Positions 10,257 through 23,714 of a stretch of 64,000 nucleotides of DNA are shown here, in pieces (the first letter of the stretch is position 1; every line of letters begins with the position of its first letter). Source of the DNA: Selaginella moellendorffii (Eukaryota > Plantae > Lycopodiophyta); contig NW_003314350.1 in the NCBI RefSeq assembly GCF_000143415.4, positions 186,001 through 250,000 on the forward strand, read 5' to 3'. A program made the position numbers and the translations under genes. The notes beneath the pieces were generated by a model. The model did no database searches and had not been told where the DNA came from. It saw only the letters and a program-made list of their open reading frames with translations.

Positions 10257-13200
10257 TTACATGGAGAACTTGATAGAATCTGATAAGTTTTGAGCCTCGA
10301 ACGATTTCTCGAATGACGGTGACGATGTTGACGCTACTTCATTTCCAGAGTTCCTTAAAGGTGCTCGTCCCGGGCTCTGTTGCAAAGGCATCTCTCGGGA
10401 CACCGTTTTCTTGCTTGTGCCTGCTCGCTGCATCAGTCCAGCCAGTGATTGCACCACCTCAGACATGGCAGGTCGATCCACTGCTTCTGCCTGTAACGAA
10501 AGAAAAAATGGATTCTCTACCAGGTACATACTTTTTTCAGCTTACTTGGATGCACTGTGTTATGATCTCGGCGTAGCGAGAGAGAGCCTTGGCAGCATAC
10601 ATGCCTTCGAGCTTTGGATCCACAATGCTTGCCAAGCTATCCAAGTCGTTGAGCTTTGGAACGGCCCATGCTACCAGAGAGAGCTCCTTGGATCTCGGCC
10701 TTGAGCTACAAAGTTTAGATCACCAAGTAAGCTTTCTAACTTTCCTTTTGCGAGTTACCTGTCTAGAGGCTCTCGGCCGGTTAGAAGCTCCAGCATCAAA
10801 ACTCCAAAGCTATAAACATCGCTCTTCACTGTGTAGATTCCAGCCAAAGCATATTCTGGAGCGCTGTATCCAAATGATCCCAACATTTGGGAAGAAATCT
10901 ATCGAAGTTAAAACAGTGAGAAGTTTTTCCTCTTGATCTCTCGAATTTTTACCTGTCTTTCCAGACTGAGTGGGATCAAAGCGGCCAGGCCAGTGTCAGA
11001 CACGAAAGGATTGAATTCCTGGTCGAGTAAAATATTTGCCGATTTGAAGTTGCGATGGACTGTCACTGGAGAAGCAACCTCATGCAAGTATCTTCAAGAT
11101 AAAAAAGAAAATGGTGATTTTTTTGGTAGAATAGAAAAAAAAAAGAAAGAAAAAAAGACTTACTCTAGAGCACGAGCAGCACCCAAAGAAACTTTCATTC
11201 GCTGGTTCCAACTGAGATTTTTCTCGGGAGAGGAATGCAAGTGATCGTGAAGAGTTCCCGTGCTGAAGTATGGATACACGAGAAAACACTGGTTCTTTTC
11301 CACGCAAAATCCACATAGCTCGACTATGTTTCCATGTCGGAGGCTGGAAATGCTGGATATAATTCTTCGTAGAGTTTCCTCGTCTTTAAAATAGCTCGAC
11401 GTGCTATCCAGTTTTTTTATGGCAAATACCTGCTCCATGATCTTAACGAAAGTTCTTATATGAGAGCTTTGTTACCTGGCCGGAAGGAAATTCTGCTCGA
11501 TACACGCTGCCCAGCAATCCCTCGCCGATCAAGTTGTGCTTTCCAAAGTTTCGAGTTGCTGCTTGGATCTCCACGCACGAAAACGAAGCTGCTGCTATGT
11601 GATGATCCAACTCTTTGGCTTTTGTTGACAAGACCAAGTTCCCGGACGTTTTCTGGATTGGAGGATGGTACTTTTCCATTGGAAGTGGTCGAATGCTTGA
11701 CAAAGTTTGTTCTTTGTCACCTTTCTCCTTGCCTGAAACAAGAGCTTTAGTAGACAATAGTTTGATATTTTGTTAGACCTGGAGGATCATTTGATGGTAG
11801 TGAAGGAAGAAGCTTTGTGTTTGTGGAAGTTTGCGAGCCATGATCGATGACCCTCTTGAGCTTGCTTAGCGTGAAAACAAAGAATGTAAGCACGAAAGCT
11901 ACCACGATGGCTCCGGTGATGATTCCCGCGAGCTTTGCTCCTGTGAGAAAACTAGAGCTAGTCTGGTAAGGTTTGAGTGATTCATGTGGTCGAGGACCTT
12001 GCATTGGCAATGCAGCGTTTGTTCCTTCGTGGCTGGAAGATGGATTGTATGGGAAATCATCAAATCGATTTCCACCACCCCTATAATGTCATATTTCTCC
12101 AATGTTAATGATATGGTCAAGAAGCTTGCCTGAATTTTGGAAGAGATTGTAGGCCAACAGGGAGCTTACCAGTAAAATCATTGTTTTCAATGTTTCTGAG
12201 CACAGATATTAGTAAAAGCACAAGAAAAATAAGACTGGGTCTTACAAGTCTTTGAGAGGTAAATGCTCCAGAAGTTGTAGTGTTCCATTGAGTTGGTTCT
12301 GCTGTATATGCCTGTTAATATTTATCTAAGATTCTGGATGAAATGTTTGAAAATCTGCTTGAATTTTCTTACAAGGTTGCCAAGCCGCTCAATAAACTAA
12401 ATGAGTCCGGGAGCTCTCCAGTAAAATTATTATTTGAAATGTCACTGAATTCAAAGTTTTTTAGCAAGACTTAATAAAAAAATTAATTTGCCAAGACTTA
12501 CAAAGTGTGAAGATTAGAAAGCTTTTCAAAAATATCAGGCACATAACCAGAAAGAAAATTGGTGCTAAGATTCCTGCTCCAAATCATGTAAAACTTAAAA
12601 ATTTGTTAGTTAACTCTTGTATAACTTACAGGCTTGTCAAAGACATCAAGCGTTTCATTGAATAAGGAATGGGCCCAATAAAAACATTGTTTCCCAGATT
12701 CCTGAAAAAAAAAAGAGACCACATTTATATTTTTAAAAATAATATCCTTTTTCTCTTGATAAAATTTTCATAGTTAAAAAGACTTACAAATGAGAAACAC
12801 GAGCAGGAAATTCGAAGGGCAGCGTTTCACCAATGTGATTGTTACTCAAGTCCCTTTAAGAAACTCTTTCTCAAAGTTAGTTAAAGCTTACAAAATCTAG
12901 ACAAACTTACAAGATGGAAAGGCTTGTGAATTTGTTGAGTGCGTAGCCCAAAGATCCTCGAAGCTTTAGACCCGAGAGTCGTCTGAGAAGATGAAATTTA
13001 CGAGACAGTGAGCTAACATAATAGTTTTCTTCCAGATCTTACATTGCAATTACGTTGTCCCCAGAGCATTCTACACCATGCCAGTGCTCTCCGCAAGGAT
13101 CTCCTCCTCCATGGGGCTTCCATCCAAGCACAGAAGGTGACCGGAGGCTCTCGTATAGAATTCGCAATGCATAGACTGATAAAGCAAGGGAAGAAATGTT

Positions 13201-13323
13201 AGACAAGAATGAAACCATAATCCAGAAGAAAAAACAAAAAAAACCATCTTGTGGATCCGTGAGTCCATCACTTGCTTGTGGAGAGAGGCTCAAGATCACA
13301 CCAAGAGCGAAGAATTGGAGCAT
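10257..13323 (-). CDS. SRF: STRUBBELIG-receptor family LRR-V receptor-like kinase (multi-exon)
   Basis: Signal peptide, SUB domain ([22 protein letters not shown]), short LRR exons and a TM helix ([20 protein letters not shown]). Kinase motifs [17 protein letters not shown] and [19 protein letters not shown]; HRN is typical of this family. Confidence 0.92.
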
Positions 13324-13779
13324 CGCAAGAGCCGAGCTTTCATCTCACATAAACTCTCATGTCTGGATCAAAATGCCCGTCTTTGCAACCAATTCCAAAA
13401 GTTCCAGGCAAACAAATTCTCATGCTGCCGCGCTTGTGATCTGAAAGAGACCTCTTTTTCTTTCCCATCCAAAGTGGTCCCAGCAAGCCACTTTTATTCT
13501 GACAACGAACGCTACATACGAAATTTTCGATCATCCATCATGTATCCAAATGGTGCAAAGCGGCCAAAACATCATTCCAAGAGCACAAAAAATCCAACTC
13601 ACAGCTTGAGTTCCAAGCATAATCCAAGACCTTGCATTGCACTCTAGAATTTACATCACTCCATAGATTTATATCTTGAGCAAAAGATATCTGCACCACT
13701 TGGAGTGGAAAAGCTTATAAGATTGAACAACAAACTTACATTACATACCTTGCAAAGTATATATATATATATTTTTTTT

Positions 13780-15277
13780 TCAAGAGAAATCGCGATCTGG
13801 GAAGAGGAGCGGTGCGACGAGTGACCAGACGTAGAGTATGGCCGTGAGCCACTGCGTGCAAATCCGGACCCAGACCGATGGCCATCCAACGTCGATGGTG
13901 TCTTTGCCTTCGGCCGAGTTTCCCCACCCGGTGAGCAGCATCGCTGAGTACATGCTCGCCAGAGCGAAGATGAGGTGGAAGAACGAGTAGACGTAAGTCA
14001 CGGGGCGCGGCTCGTCCTTCTTTCTCCTGTCCTCTATGTCGTCAGTCTCGTCGTCTTTGAGCAGAGGCCTCTGGCCTGCAAGTGACAGCTTTTGGGATCA
14101 CAAAACGAGAAAAAGGAAAGGCAAAACAGACCTGCTCTGGGAGACGATGGTGGAGAGAGGAATGTGGTGGAAGAACCAGCTCGAACGGCGGAATATACCA
14201 CGGACAACAGCGTCGTAAGCATACCGAGAACTAGAGTTCCGGTGGAGACGACGTTCTCGTGCTTGTGGAGTCCATTGCATTCGTAGTTGCGGGGCTCGCT
14301 GGAGAGGGCGCTGTAGCATATGTATGTGCAGTAGACGGCAATCACAGAAGCTGGCAATAGACTTCCATTCACCTGCGAGGGAAAGTAAGAAAATGGTTAG
14401 CTTGAGAAAAAAAAAAGAAAGCTTTTATGCTCACCTGAGGATGGAGGGAAATAACCGCGAATGCTATGGCCAGGATGATCGTGGTGACAATGAAGAAAGT
14501 ATTCAGCTGGCAGTCGTGACCACTGGGATTGAACCAGCGGAAGAGCAAACCCGAGAAGACGAAGCTGATGGTGTAGCAGAAGATCGAGATGAGCAGCAGC
14601 GCGATGTACCAGAATTGCTCATCTTTCGCGACCCAAGCTGCGTTCCAGTTGTGTGTAAAATCCAAAAGTATGATCACCTGGACGAGAAGGAAGACTCCGG
14701 ATCCAAACCTCGAGATAGCTCCTGCGAAGAAAAATGAAAAGAGGTTTTTAGAGGAAAGAAACAAAGAGACCAACCAAAGAAAAAAGGGAAGAACTACTTA
14801 CCGTAAGCATCGACAAGACCATTTGGCAAGAAGAACATGAGCACCATGACCGTGAGCCAAAGTATGAGCTTCGCCATCCAGCCACCGTGATGCCACGAAT
14901 CACGTTGATCGCTCTGGTTCTTCACACCGATCATAACGATCGCGAAGGCCAAGAAAAAAAGGAAATTTCCAAGGCTGACACGAAGAACTGCCTGGGTACC
15001 AAACCATTCCTTGTTGGGTGTATGCGCGAACGAATTGATCCCTGTAGGGGAGCTAGGTTATCCACTAGAATTCTCGGGAAAACAATCACTTACATGGGAT
15101 TTTCTCCAGAACCGGATACCCGAAATCGCGGAGGATCCACGCCAAGAGTAGCGACAGCGTGAAGAGGCCGCAGTAGGCGATTCGCGCCGATCGCCTCGAA
15201 ATCCCTCCGGCGACGCCCTTGCAAGCCTCGCAGAGGCACGATCCACAGCAAGACGCCAGACAACCAGCTGCCCACAT
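13780..15277 (-). CDS. SERINC: Serine incorporator (Serinc/TMS/TDE) membrane protein (multi-exon)
   Basis: Motifs MWAAGCLASCC, RRSARIAYCGLF, SRFGSGVFLLVQVIILLDF, NGSLLPASVI, YSFFHLIFALASMYSAMLLTGW and WSLVAPLLFPDRDFS. Confidence 0.95.
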
Positions 15278-15303
15278 CGTCGCTCGCTTACCCTCTTTCC
15301 CAA

Positions 15304-15399
15304 GAACCCTAGAATGTGTCAAAACAAAACTTTCCACCACGTGTCAGCCACGTGTATAGCTTTCAAATTACTACTTTTGCCGCCAAAAGTTTAGGGTTC
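15304..15399. promoter_or_regulatory. Compact bidirectional promoter between Serinc and HOP2
   Basis: Only 133 bp separate the divergent ATGs. Two G-boxes (CACGTG at 15338 and 15349) are flanked by inverted telo-box-like motifs GAACCCTA (15304) and TAGGGTTC (15392). Confidence 0.6.
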
Positions 15400-15410
15400 T
15401 TGAGAGAACA

Positions 15411-16362
15411 ATGCCGGCGACGAAAGGGGGCGATAGCGCAGAAGGTAAGATCGCTTCTCGCTGCTTCTAGATCTCGCCATTTCACTCTATCTTCTCTCGA
15501 ACAGCTATCATCCTGAATTTCATCAACGAGGTAAGTCGCCACGCGCGAGCATACTGAAAACATTTGGGGCTTGATTCTTGCAGCAAAACAGGCCGCTCAA
15601 CGTCCAAATCGTGGCGGACACGCTCCAGAAGCACGGGATCAAGAAGACCGCCGCGCAGAAGATCCTCGATTCTTTTGCCGAGAGTGGCAAGATCTCGTTC
15701 AAGGAGTATGGCAAGCAAAAGATTTATCTGGCAAAGCAGGACCAGTTCGAGATCCCCAGCAAGGAGGAGCTCGAATCGATGAAGGCCGACATTGCCAAGC
15801 TGCAAGAAAGCCTTGCAGCCGAGAAGAAGATCGTCGCTGGCCTTGAAACAGGTATGAAGAAAAAAAAAAGTTATAGCTCTCTTAGACTTTGGTTTTTTTA
15901 TCACAGAGGTAAGATCTGCCGAGTCGAGCTTGACGCTCGATCAAATCAATGACCGGATGAAGATTGTCTCGGACGAGGTATGATCGTTTTTCTTCTCGAC
16001 GAAGCAAACGTGGTGACAACTTTCTCTGTGCTAGATTTCATCCATGGAGTCCAGAATCACCCAGCTACGAGCTGGGACGGTCCTCGTCACTGCCGAGGAA
16101 CGCAACAAGGTGGAAACCGACTACAACAAAAAGACCGGGCTATGGAGGAAACGCAAGAGGATGTTCAAGGACCTCTGGGACATGATCACGGAGTCGATGC
16201 CCAAGAACCAGAGCGAACTCAAGGTATGATCAGTGGTTTACTAGACAGACCCCTCTCAAGCTAACAATGCAGGAAGAAGTCGGGATTGAGACTGACGATG
16301 ATCTAGGAATCGACATCTCAAAGTACTGCTCCTACAAATTCAAGAAAGCCAAGCTCCGGTGA
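15411..16362 (+). CDS. HOP2: Homologous-pairing protein 2 (meiotic recombination; multi-exon)
   Basis: Exons read MPATKGGDSAE / AIILNFINE / QNRPLNVQIVADTLQKHGIKKTAAQKILDS..GKISFKEYGKQKIYLAKQDQF / WRKRKRMFKDLWDMITESMPKN..ELKEEVGIETD. Confidence 0.93.
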
Positions 16363-16429
16363 ACCAAGTAAGATACATGCTCTCGTATTGCACCGAGTCA
16401 ATCAGCAATGCTCTCAAATGGCGAAGAAC

Positions 16430-17618
16430 TCACAAACCGTAGCCAAAAACGGCACGAATCTTGTGGAAAATCAGCTCCTTCCAGCCTCGACGAGTGGTCT
16501 CGTAGACAGTCGCATTTCCAAACCTTTGAAACAAAACCACTGTAAGCATCACACCATGGCACAAAAAAAAAGAAGGCTTTTTTTCTACCTGTCTTCTTCC
16601 GGGACGTCTGTCTGTGTCAACTTAAGAACAGTGGTTCCAATCTCTGGCTCCTCGAATGTCATGCACACCTGATCATCAACATCAAGAGAAGAAAAGAAAG
16701 TAAGAACAAAACAAAGAACATGAAACTTAGAACAAAAGGAGAACTTACAGTCGAGTAGTGACCATCGTTCCAGTTCGCAAATCTCCACTTTTGGACGATC
16801 AGCCTGTTCTCTTCCAGCTCCTGGTTCACCCCCGTCACCGCTCCATCGAAGATCGAAAACATGCCTCCCACTTCCTTGCTCACTTTCGCATTACTCTGCG
16901 TGAATCCCTTCCACCGGTTCTCGTCCAGCAACACCTCGTACAGATCCCGAGGCCGGCAGTGGAAGCGCTCAGTCATCGTGATGGTCTTGAATCCTTCCCT
17001 GGCTTTCGCCTTTGGTGGCTCCACCGGCTTGGCCGAAACTTTCTCGTCGAGAACAGGCTTGTTGGATCCCTTCCCTTTCACTTCCAGGTTCTTGCTTTGC
17101 ATCTCCTCCTGAGCCGGGCCTCCATTCGCCATTTGCTTCACGTAACTCGCAATGCGCTCGAGAACCAAAGGCTTTCCTTTGGCCAGGAACGCTTCCTTCA
17201 ATCTCTGCCCGAGGGAAGTCTCGTCCATGACGCTCACTTTCACTTCCGGATCTTCGTCGGCATTCTCGTCAGCGATATACGGCAGCTCCACCTTTCCCTG
17301 GACCGTTGCTAGACTATTCCCGCTACCATCCTTGGCCTCTCCCTCCCAGTTCATCACAGCACTGATCTCATACCCGGGGATGATCTTTCCTTTGCGGATG
17401 TTCACGTAGGCCTCGCCCTTGACGCTCTCCACCTTGGAGATCTTGATCCACAGGCCTCCCTCGCCGGATAGAACCACCAGACCCTCGAAGAGTGCGTCGA
17501 ATCGCTTGCACGTCCAGTCGTAGCAATCCTTCTCGGACCAGTGCCAATTGTGGACATTGGCGCCGTCTTGCCTCTCCTCCACGATCCATCGCTTGTCGCC
17601 CTCGCCAAACTTGGCCAT
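16430..17618 (-). CDS. AHA1: Activator of Hsp90 ATPase (Aha1_N + AHSA1 domains)
   Basis: MAKFGEGDKRWIVEERQDGANVHNWHWSEKD, VNIRKGKII and LIVQKWRF in the long first exon. Two further small exons end FGNATVYETTRRGWKELIFHKIRAVFGYGL*. Confidence 0.95.
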
Positions 17619-17924
17619 GGAATCAAATCCTCGAGAACGGAGGAGATGCGATACAAGAGCAATGGAACTGCCAGAGATTCGATTGCGCGGTGAGAATCAG
17701 CTAGAAGATTGCGATCGGAGAAGAAGAACACTCACCTCCCGCGTCTCGGACGCTCGCTAAATGGAGCCCTAAAATAAACCTCGCAAGGAAACTTCTAGAG
17801 TGCGAATCCAACGGCAGAGATTAAATCAGATCGTAACTGCTGGTACGAAGTTCGATTCCCATCCGCAACGAAATAAAGTAAAGAACAATGCCGCGAATAT
17901 TCGATATTTAAATAGAAGAAGTTT

Positions 17925-19462
17925 CTATCCAAGCCATTGCTCGGCGCTGCGATCGCCGCCGCCGCCCACGGCTTTGCGAATGCTAATTTTCTCGTGGGAG
18001 TAGTGCTCGCGGTACTTCTCGAATGATGTCTCGTCCAGTTTGCCGCTGGAGCCCTTGCCTTGCTTGCGCTTCACTTGCTGCTCCCTGACGGACACGCAGA
18101 GCTTGACGATTCTCTCGCGCTGGGATTGATCGAATCGGTTTGTGTTGTCGAACGCGTGCTTCGCAGCGATGTCTACGATCGTTTGAGCCCTGTTGGAACG
18201 AGAAAACCATGAGAAAACTAGACAGAATGAATGGGAAAACGAGTGGAGCTACTACTTACCATGCCTGCTTGTAGCGTTTAGCAGCTATTGTCAAGCACTC
18301 GATCAAGGCTTCTCTCCTGTCCCTTTGCAAGTTTTTGCCTCCGGTGGTCTCGTTTTTAGCTTTCTTCTTGCACTTGTCTTCCTTCTTTGGCAAAAGAGCA
18401 TCCAGGCCAAACGGATCCACCTCTTCGGCATCAGCAGTAGATTCTGGATTTGACTCCACGGCATCTTCTGCCACTGCCTCAGGTAGAGCAGTGATGAGTT
18501 GCTTCAGTCGTCCAGAAGCCTTGGAAAACTGCAAGAAGAAACTCCTGTTAGCTCGTCAAAGGAACGGATTGAAATAATTTCACCTCAGCCGTGATGCATA
18601 AAACATAACGCTAGAATCTGGCAAACACGCTAACAAAAGACTTAGTATGCAAGGCGGACCTCGAAAAACTCACCACGAACGTGTCATCGGTGTAAAAGTC
18701 ATTCCCGAGTTGTGCCCAAAGAGCCCACACTTCGATTTGTTCTTGCTGTGAAGGAGTGAAGGACTGCAAAACAGATTCTGTCTGTTCTAAAGGAAAGAAA
18801 CTCACTTAGAGGTGCTACTTACATTGAGTTTGTCTTGCACAGCCGAAAAGAGCTGCTGGTAATCCGCTCGAACAGCTGCTGCGTTGGCCTTAGTTGGAGG
18901 ACTCATGGCGACTTCAAGCATCTCAAAGAATAACGTCGATGTTTCGTCGTCAGCCACGCTTCCAGCGTCAAGCAGCTGCAAAGCGAGCTTACAAGCCTTG
19001 GAGAACTTTGACGGATTCCCGATGTGAGTTTTGATCTTGTGCAAAGCTTCGATCACTTTCTCCTTGCTGGTTTCAGTCGTGGTCTTGAAACGAACCTGTT
19101 TAGCACCTGAAAAAAAAAACACACACACACACACCTTTTAGAACACTGATCGAAAATACAAACTCACACAAGCAAAAAAGAAAAAACGAGATACCAAACA
19201 AAAAGAAAAAGAGAGAGAGGAAACGCTGAAAAAAAATGTAAGCGAAGAAAAAATTCATGGAATATAGAACACACAAAAACGTTCTACCTTCAGCCGGATC
19301 TTGAGGAGCAGGGCGCTTGATCGCAGGCTTGGCCGGCTCGACCGATTTGAGACTTCTGGAAGCACTCACCGGTGGTGGCGGCGACACCGATTTGGCTGGT
19401 GCTGGAGCTGAGGGAGGAGGCAGTCCTTCGAAGAGACCTCCGCCATCGCCATTGCCCGCCAT
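17925..19462 (-). CDS. Hypothetical protein, family not assigned (multi-exon)
   Basis: Coherent exon chain with GT-AG introns: MAGNGDGGGLFEGLPPP / KQVRFKTTT..EALHKIKTHIGNPSKFSKAC / NDFYTDDTFV / DPFGLDALL..ALIECL / ISIRKAVGGGGDRSAEQWLG*. Confidence 0.8.
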
Positions 19463-19514
19463 CGCCTCTCCAGAAAGCCCTAAAATTTCGCCCTTGGCTT
19501 CTCTCTCGGTTTAT

Positions 19515-22500
19515 TTATAGTGAGGTTCGAATCGCATTGCCGCCTTGCTGCTGCTCGCTTTGCCACTTCGCTGTGAAAGACTTTAGAAAAGAGAAGGAAA
19601 GAAGAAGAAGAATCGCTGGAAACCTGGGTGAAATCACTTCCTGCTGCGTCGATCCAGGAACTACTCGATGAAGAAGAAGATTGCGAAACCTCCAATCGAT
19701 CAGCATACCTGTTTCGTGCCTGGAGAAAAAATCCAAACGTCGAAGTTAGTGAGCGAAGTTCCAGAAACATCTCGCTAAATTCTTACCGCTTCCGGTTGCG
19801 GGCATGACTGCCTCTCAAAACCATCGACGATAGCTTTTCCTTTCCGGAAAGTCTTCAAAAGCAAGACACAAAACAAAGTTTAGAGATTGGAAGCTTTTTT
19901 TTTCTACGTTTTGGGCGAAGAACCTGGGATGAGGAGCTCATAAGCAAGTTGGTATTTGGACTGGGCTCTGAAGATCTGAAGCCTTTTCCCTGCTTTGGAT
20001 TCTCGATCGCAGCTTTCAAAGGAGAAACTTTGGACATGGAACACGAAGCACTTAGTTCTTCCCCGGTTTTCTCAAACAGTCCAACAATGACCTGTAACAA
20101 AGGAGAACTTTAACGAGAGAAGAGAACCAAAGCAGAAGAACTACCTCACGAATCACAGGCTTGACTCCTTTCAAGAACTTCTCCACTCCAAGACCGATGA
20201 TCTTGTAGACTTCTGTGGTCACTTTCATGGCGGCACTGCGAACTTCACCGTTTGGATAGTTAAAACAGTGGACCACGAAATGCATCAGAGGTTCTGTCGC
20301 AAATCCGGTAGATCCACTCCGACCCTGCGGTTGCAAACCAAATTTTGGTATTCCCACCAAAAGCCATTGCAAGCGTCCCAAGATTGGTTTCCACAGTGCC
20401 TAGAAAGAAACCATGTAACAAACTAAAGAGAGATTCCGGAAAGCTTACCAGAGTTTTTGGAACTTTGAGCATCAGAGGAGCGATCACGTTGAGTCCGGCT
20501 TCTTTTACCATCGCAAAGAACATCAGAGTATCAGCGGCAGCTTCTTTGGTTCTTGCATTGGAATCGCCAAGTTTATCTCGAAGAATCGATGCAATGTCGC
20601 CCAAACAGGAGTGAAGCTCTCTGCTTTGAACTTCGGCCGCATATCTCGTAACATACGCACGCAACACCTGTTGTTTGAAAGCAAAGAGATTGTGATAAAA
20701 CATCTAGTGAGAAAACCAACCTGAATGGAGCTGAAGAAAATATTCGAGACTCGATCGTTCAAGCCTCGAGTTACAACTTTGTGGATGGCTCTGCAGCAAA
20801 TCGATAAAGTCAGATCATGATTTTCTCTGTCTCGCTCGGAAGAATTTCTACCTGAAAGACGTGACTGTATCAGACATATGGGATTTGGACTCGAGCTCTT
20901 TTTCCAAGACTTGGAGAGATTTGTCACGAAGCTGCCAATGCTTGCTGAGAAGACATTCCAGATGATAGCGATCCATCACGGTCAAGACGTCCGAAAACTC
21001 CTTCACCACCGTTTCTGGAAGAGGCTCCGGTGTCAAAACCTCGTCGCTGCTGCTGCTTTGATCATCTTGAGAGGTTCTCATCTCAGTTACCACTGAAAAC
21101 AAAACTTGCCACTTTCTGCTTTCACTAAACAGAAAATATGCTTACCAGTGTCTTCGTGCAAAGCCTGCCTATAAGTTGGCCTATCTTCTTGTTGCACAAA
21201 TACGGGCTCTGGAGCTAAAGTTCCAGACGTTTGTTCTACGGTTTGCTGAATATCATTGTCGTCTATGCCATGGATGGGAAGTTCTTCCTTGTACTCGTCT
21301 TCCGAAACTTGCTCAGAAGTCTGGGTCGAGCTATCACGGCTTTCTCTATGAACCACACCATTGAAATCGTTTTGCTGGAAAGGGTTATGCGTTGTAAACA
21401 AAAAGAAGAATAAGACCAACAAGAAATCACCTTGTTCTTTGCAGTGCAAGGAATCACATTTGACAAATCTCCCATGTCGCTTGTTTCGTCTTCAGAATTC
21501 TCCGAGTTTAATTGACGCAGCTTTTCTATCTCCAACTGCAAAGCAGCGAGTCGAGTGTCAGTCTTACTAGCAGAAAGATTGTTATTACCTTGCAGTATTT
21601 GGCCTGATCATAGTCCTCTTCTTCCACAGCCAACTTCTTCTTTCGTTCCAGCTCTTTAATTTGTTGTCCCAACGTTTTGAGCTTTTCAATCAGCAGCTAT
21701 TCAGAAGAAGAAGAGAGTTAGTCAACCATACAGAAATTCAATAAGTATGTACCTTAAGTCGCTTAGCTTCGTCGTAATCTTCCTCTTCCACGGCCTGCTG
21801 TTTCTCCTGCTGCAGCTGAAGCAGAAAGCTAGCTATGCCATCAAGTCAAATACTTAAAATGAAGCAGAGAATTAACATACCCTCTGGATTCTTTGCCCCG
21901 TAATGCAATCAACGTTGGCAATCTCGCTGACACCGCCTCTTGGTTTCGTTTTCTTCTCCAAAATCTTCTGTCTGGAACAAAAATCCGAGACAAAAGATTT
22001 TCAAATCATACAGCTTTGTGAACAAGTCGGGAAAAAAGAAAAAAAAAAACCTTGGACTTTCAGAGGGTATTGTGTGTCGCAACTGATGCATTATTATTTG
22101 TTCTTCACTCAAAGGATCGCCAGTTACCACGAGTGCAACTATGCCAACCTTTGCAGAAGAAAATCGAATACATAAAGAGTAGTAATAAATGAAAGAAAGG
22201 GGGTGAGAAGAACATATACCTGGTTGTAAACATTTAGCTTGTTCGAGTAGCAATTGTGCAGTACAAGCCGCAGCGAGGAGGCAGGCGCGTTGATCTGGAT
22301 GCTTTTCAATTCACGAGCCTGAAAACCAGTTCGTTCGTTTGGATCCAGCGATAGATGACTGATATGAAATCACAAAATCACTCGAGAGTAAGATCATTCG
22401 TTTGTTACTTTTGTTACTGCTAGCATACCCGAGTCTTTTCATCTGCTTGCTACTCATCTGCTCGTTAGCCAGAACACTAGCGAAAATTTCCACCTTGGAG

Positions 22501-22976
22501 GAAATCTGATAACAAAACAAATCAGAGCGCTGATCATAGCTCAAGAAAGAAAAAAAAAAAAAAACTAAAGAGACACCAACCTTATATTCATGGCAAAGTA
22601 GCTGCATTGTGAAAACATGAGATGGCCACTGCAGCTCAATCACCATTTCTTGAGGGTATTCGCAAAACCTGAGTGAATGGAATCCAAGTCTTCAAGAGAA
22701 TAATTTTTCTTTTGCTCAAACTCACCTTTGCGCTTGCCATCCTCGACCAGATGCCCCTTTGCTCAGCTCATTCGCAGGAAAATCATCGTCCTGGAGCCAA
22801 GAAAGTCAGAAAGACGAGACAATCCTCAGGAAAAAAAAGACTACCTGTCCAGAGCAAGAGACGACGCTGAAGGGCAATCGCCTCTCGTCCTCAAATGGAT
22901 CGTCCATTTTGAGGGCATTTCTCACCTTCTCGTGGAGCACATCCTCCACGCTGTTGATGAGACAAATGCGAACCAT
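19515..22976 (-). CDS. CEP104: Centrosomal protein of 104 kDa homolog (ciliary tip TOG-domain protein; multi-exon; 3' end approximate)
   Basis: N-terminal jelly-roll motifs LPFSVVSCSG, GWQAQRFCEYPQEMVIEL, QLLCHEYKISSKVEIF and ARELKSI. Two UVR-like coils (AVEEEDYDEAKRLK, AVEEEDYDQAKIL) and a TOG/HEAT region (LLSKHWQLRD, KLGDSNARTKEAA, NGEVRSAAMKV). The start may instead be the Met at 22907. Confidence 0.85.
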
Positions 22977-23714
22977 AGCCGCTCCAACTAGCCCTAGAAT
23001 AAGTTCCAACAACAGTACGTAGTAAAATATACCAAGAATATGATTGCTCATATAATTTAATTTTTATTATGATGTAGCAAGAAAAGCGATCTACACAGAA
23101 AGTTTTGAAAAGAATCACTTACCATTTTTATTTGCTAACAAATTATTCAAAAAATCAATTACACCAAACTAGATTACTGTCATTATTTGCTACATGAGAA
23201 TCCAAACCAATAGATGCCCAGTGCAATTTCTTATCATGCCCTCTACACCAACCTCCTAGATTTACAAATTATCCTCCCCATGGAACCTTAACAGTGATAA
23301 TCGTCATATCATAACAAGAAGAAGTGTAACCATTTCCTGGGGTGGCAAGAAAGGCATCGTCGTTGCCAATATAGATATTTAGATTTATGGAAGTTTTCTT
23401 TAGCCATCCTTTGTTCCACTCGCAACGAGCAGTCAAGAAACCCCCAAAACGTTCATATTTATAAAAGTGACAAGTTCTTGAGAATGAGCCACAGCCAGCC
23501 TGCTTATATTATAGAATATAGAGTTGTATTACTTAAATTTCTCAAATACACACAACCTTGGAATGTGGTAAAATTAAAAGCCACATAACGGCAATCCAAA
23601 ACATTCTACGGGATATTACTAATAAACAAACAAAACATACTTTCACAATTAACAATGTTATTTACATAAAGTTCGTGGATAGCAATTAGAAAATAAAATT
23701 CTGACGAGAAATCC

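Noticed and set aside
11030-11060. HRN in place of catalytic HRD in the receptor kinase
   Set aside because: This is a known property of the SRF/LRR-V family, not a novelty.
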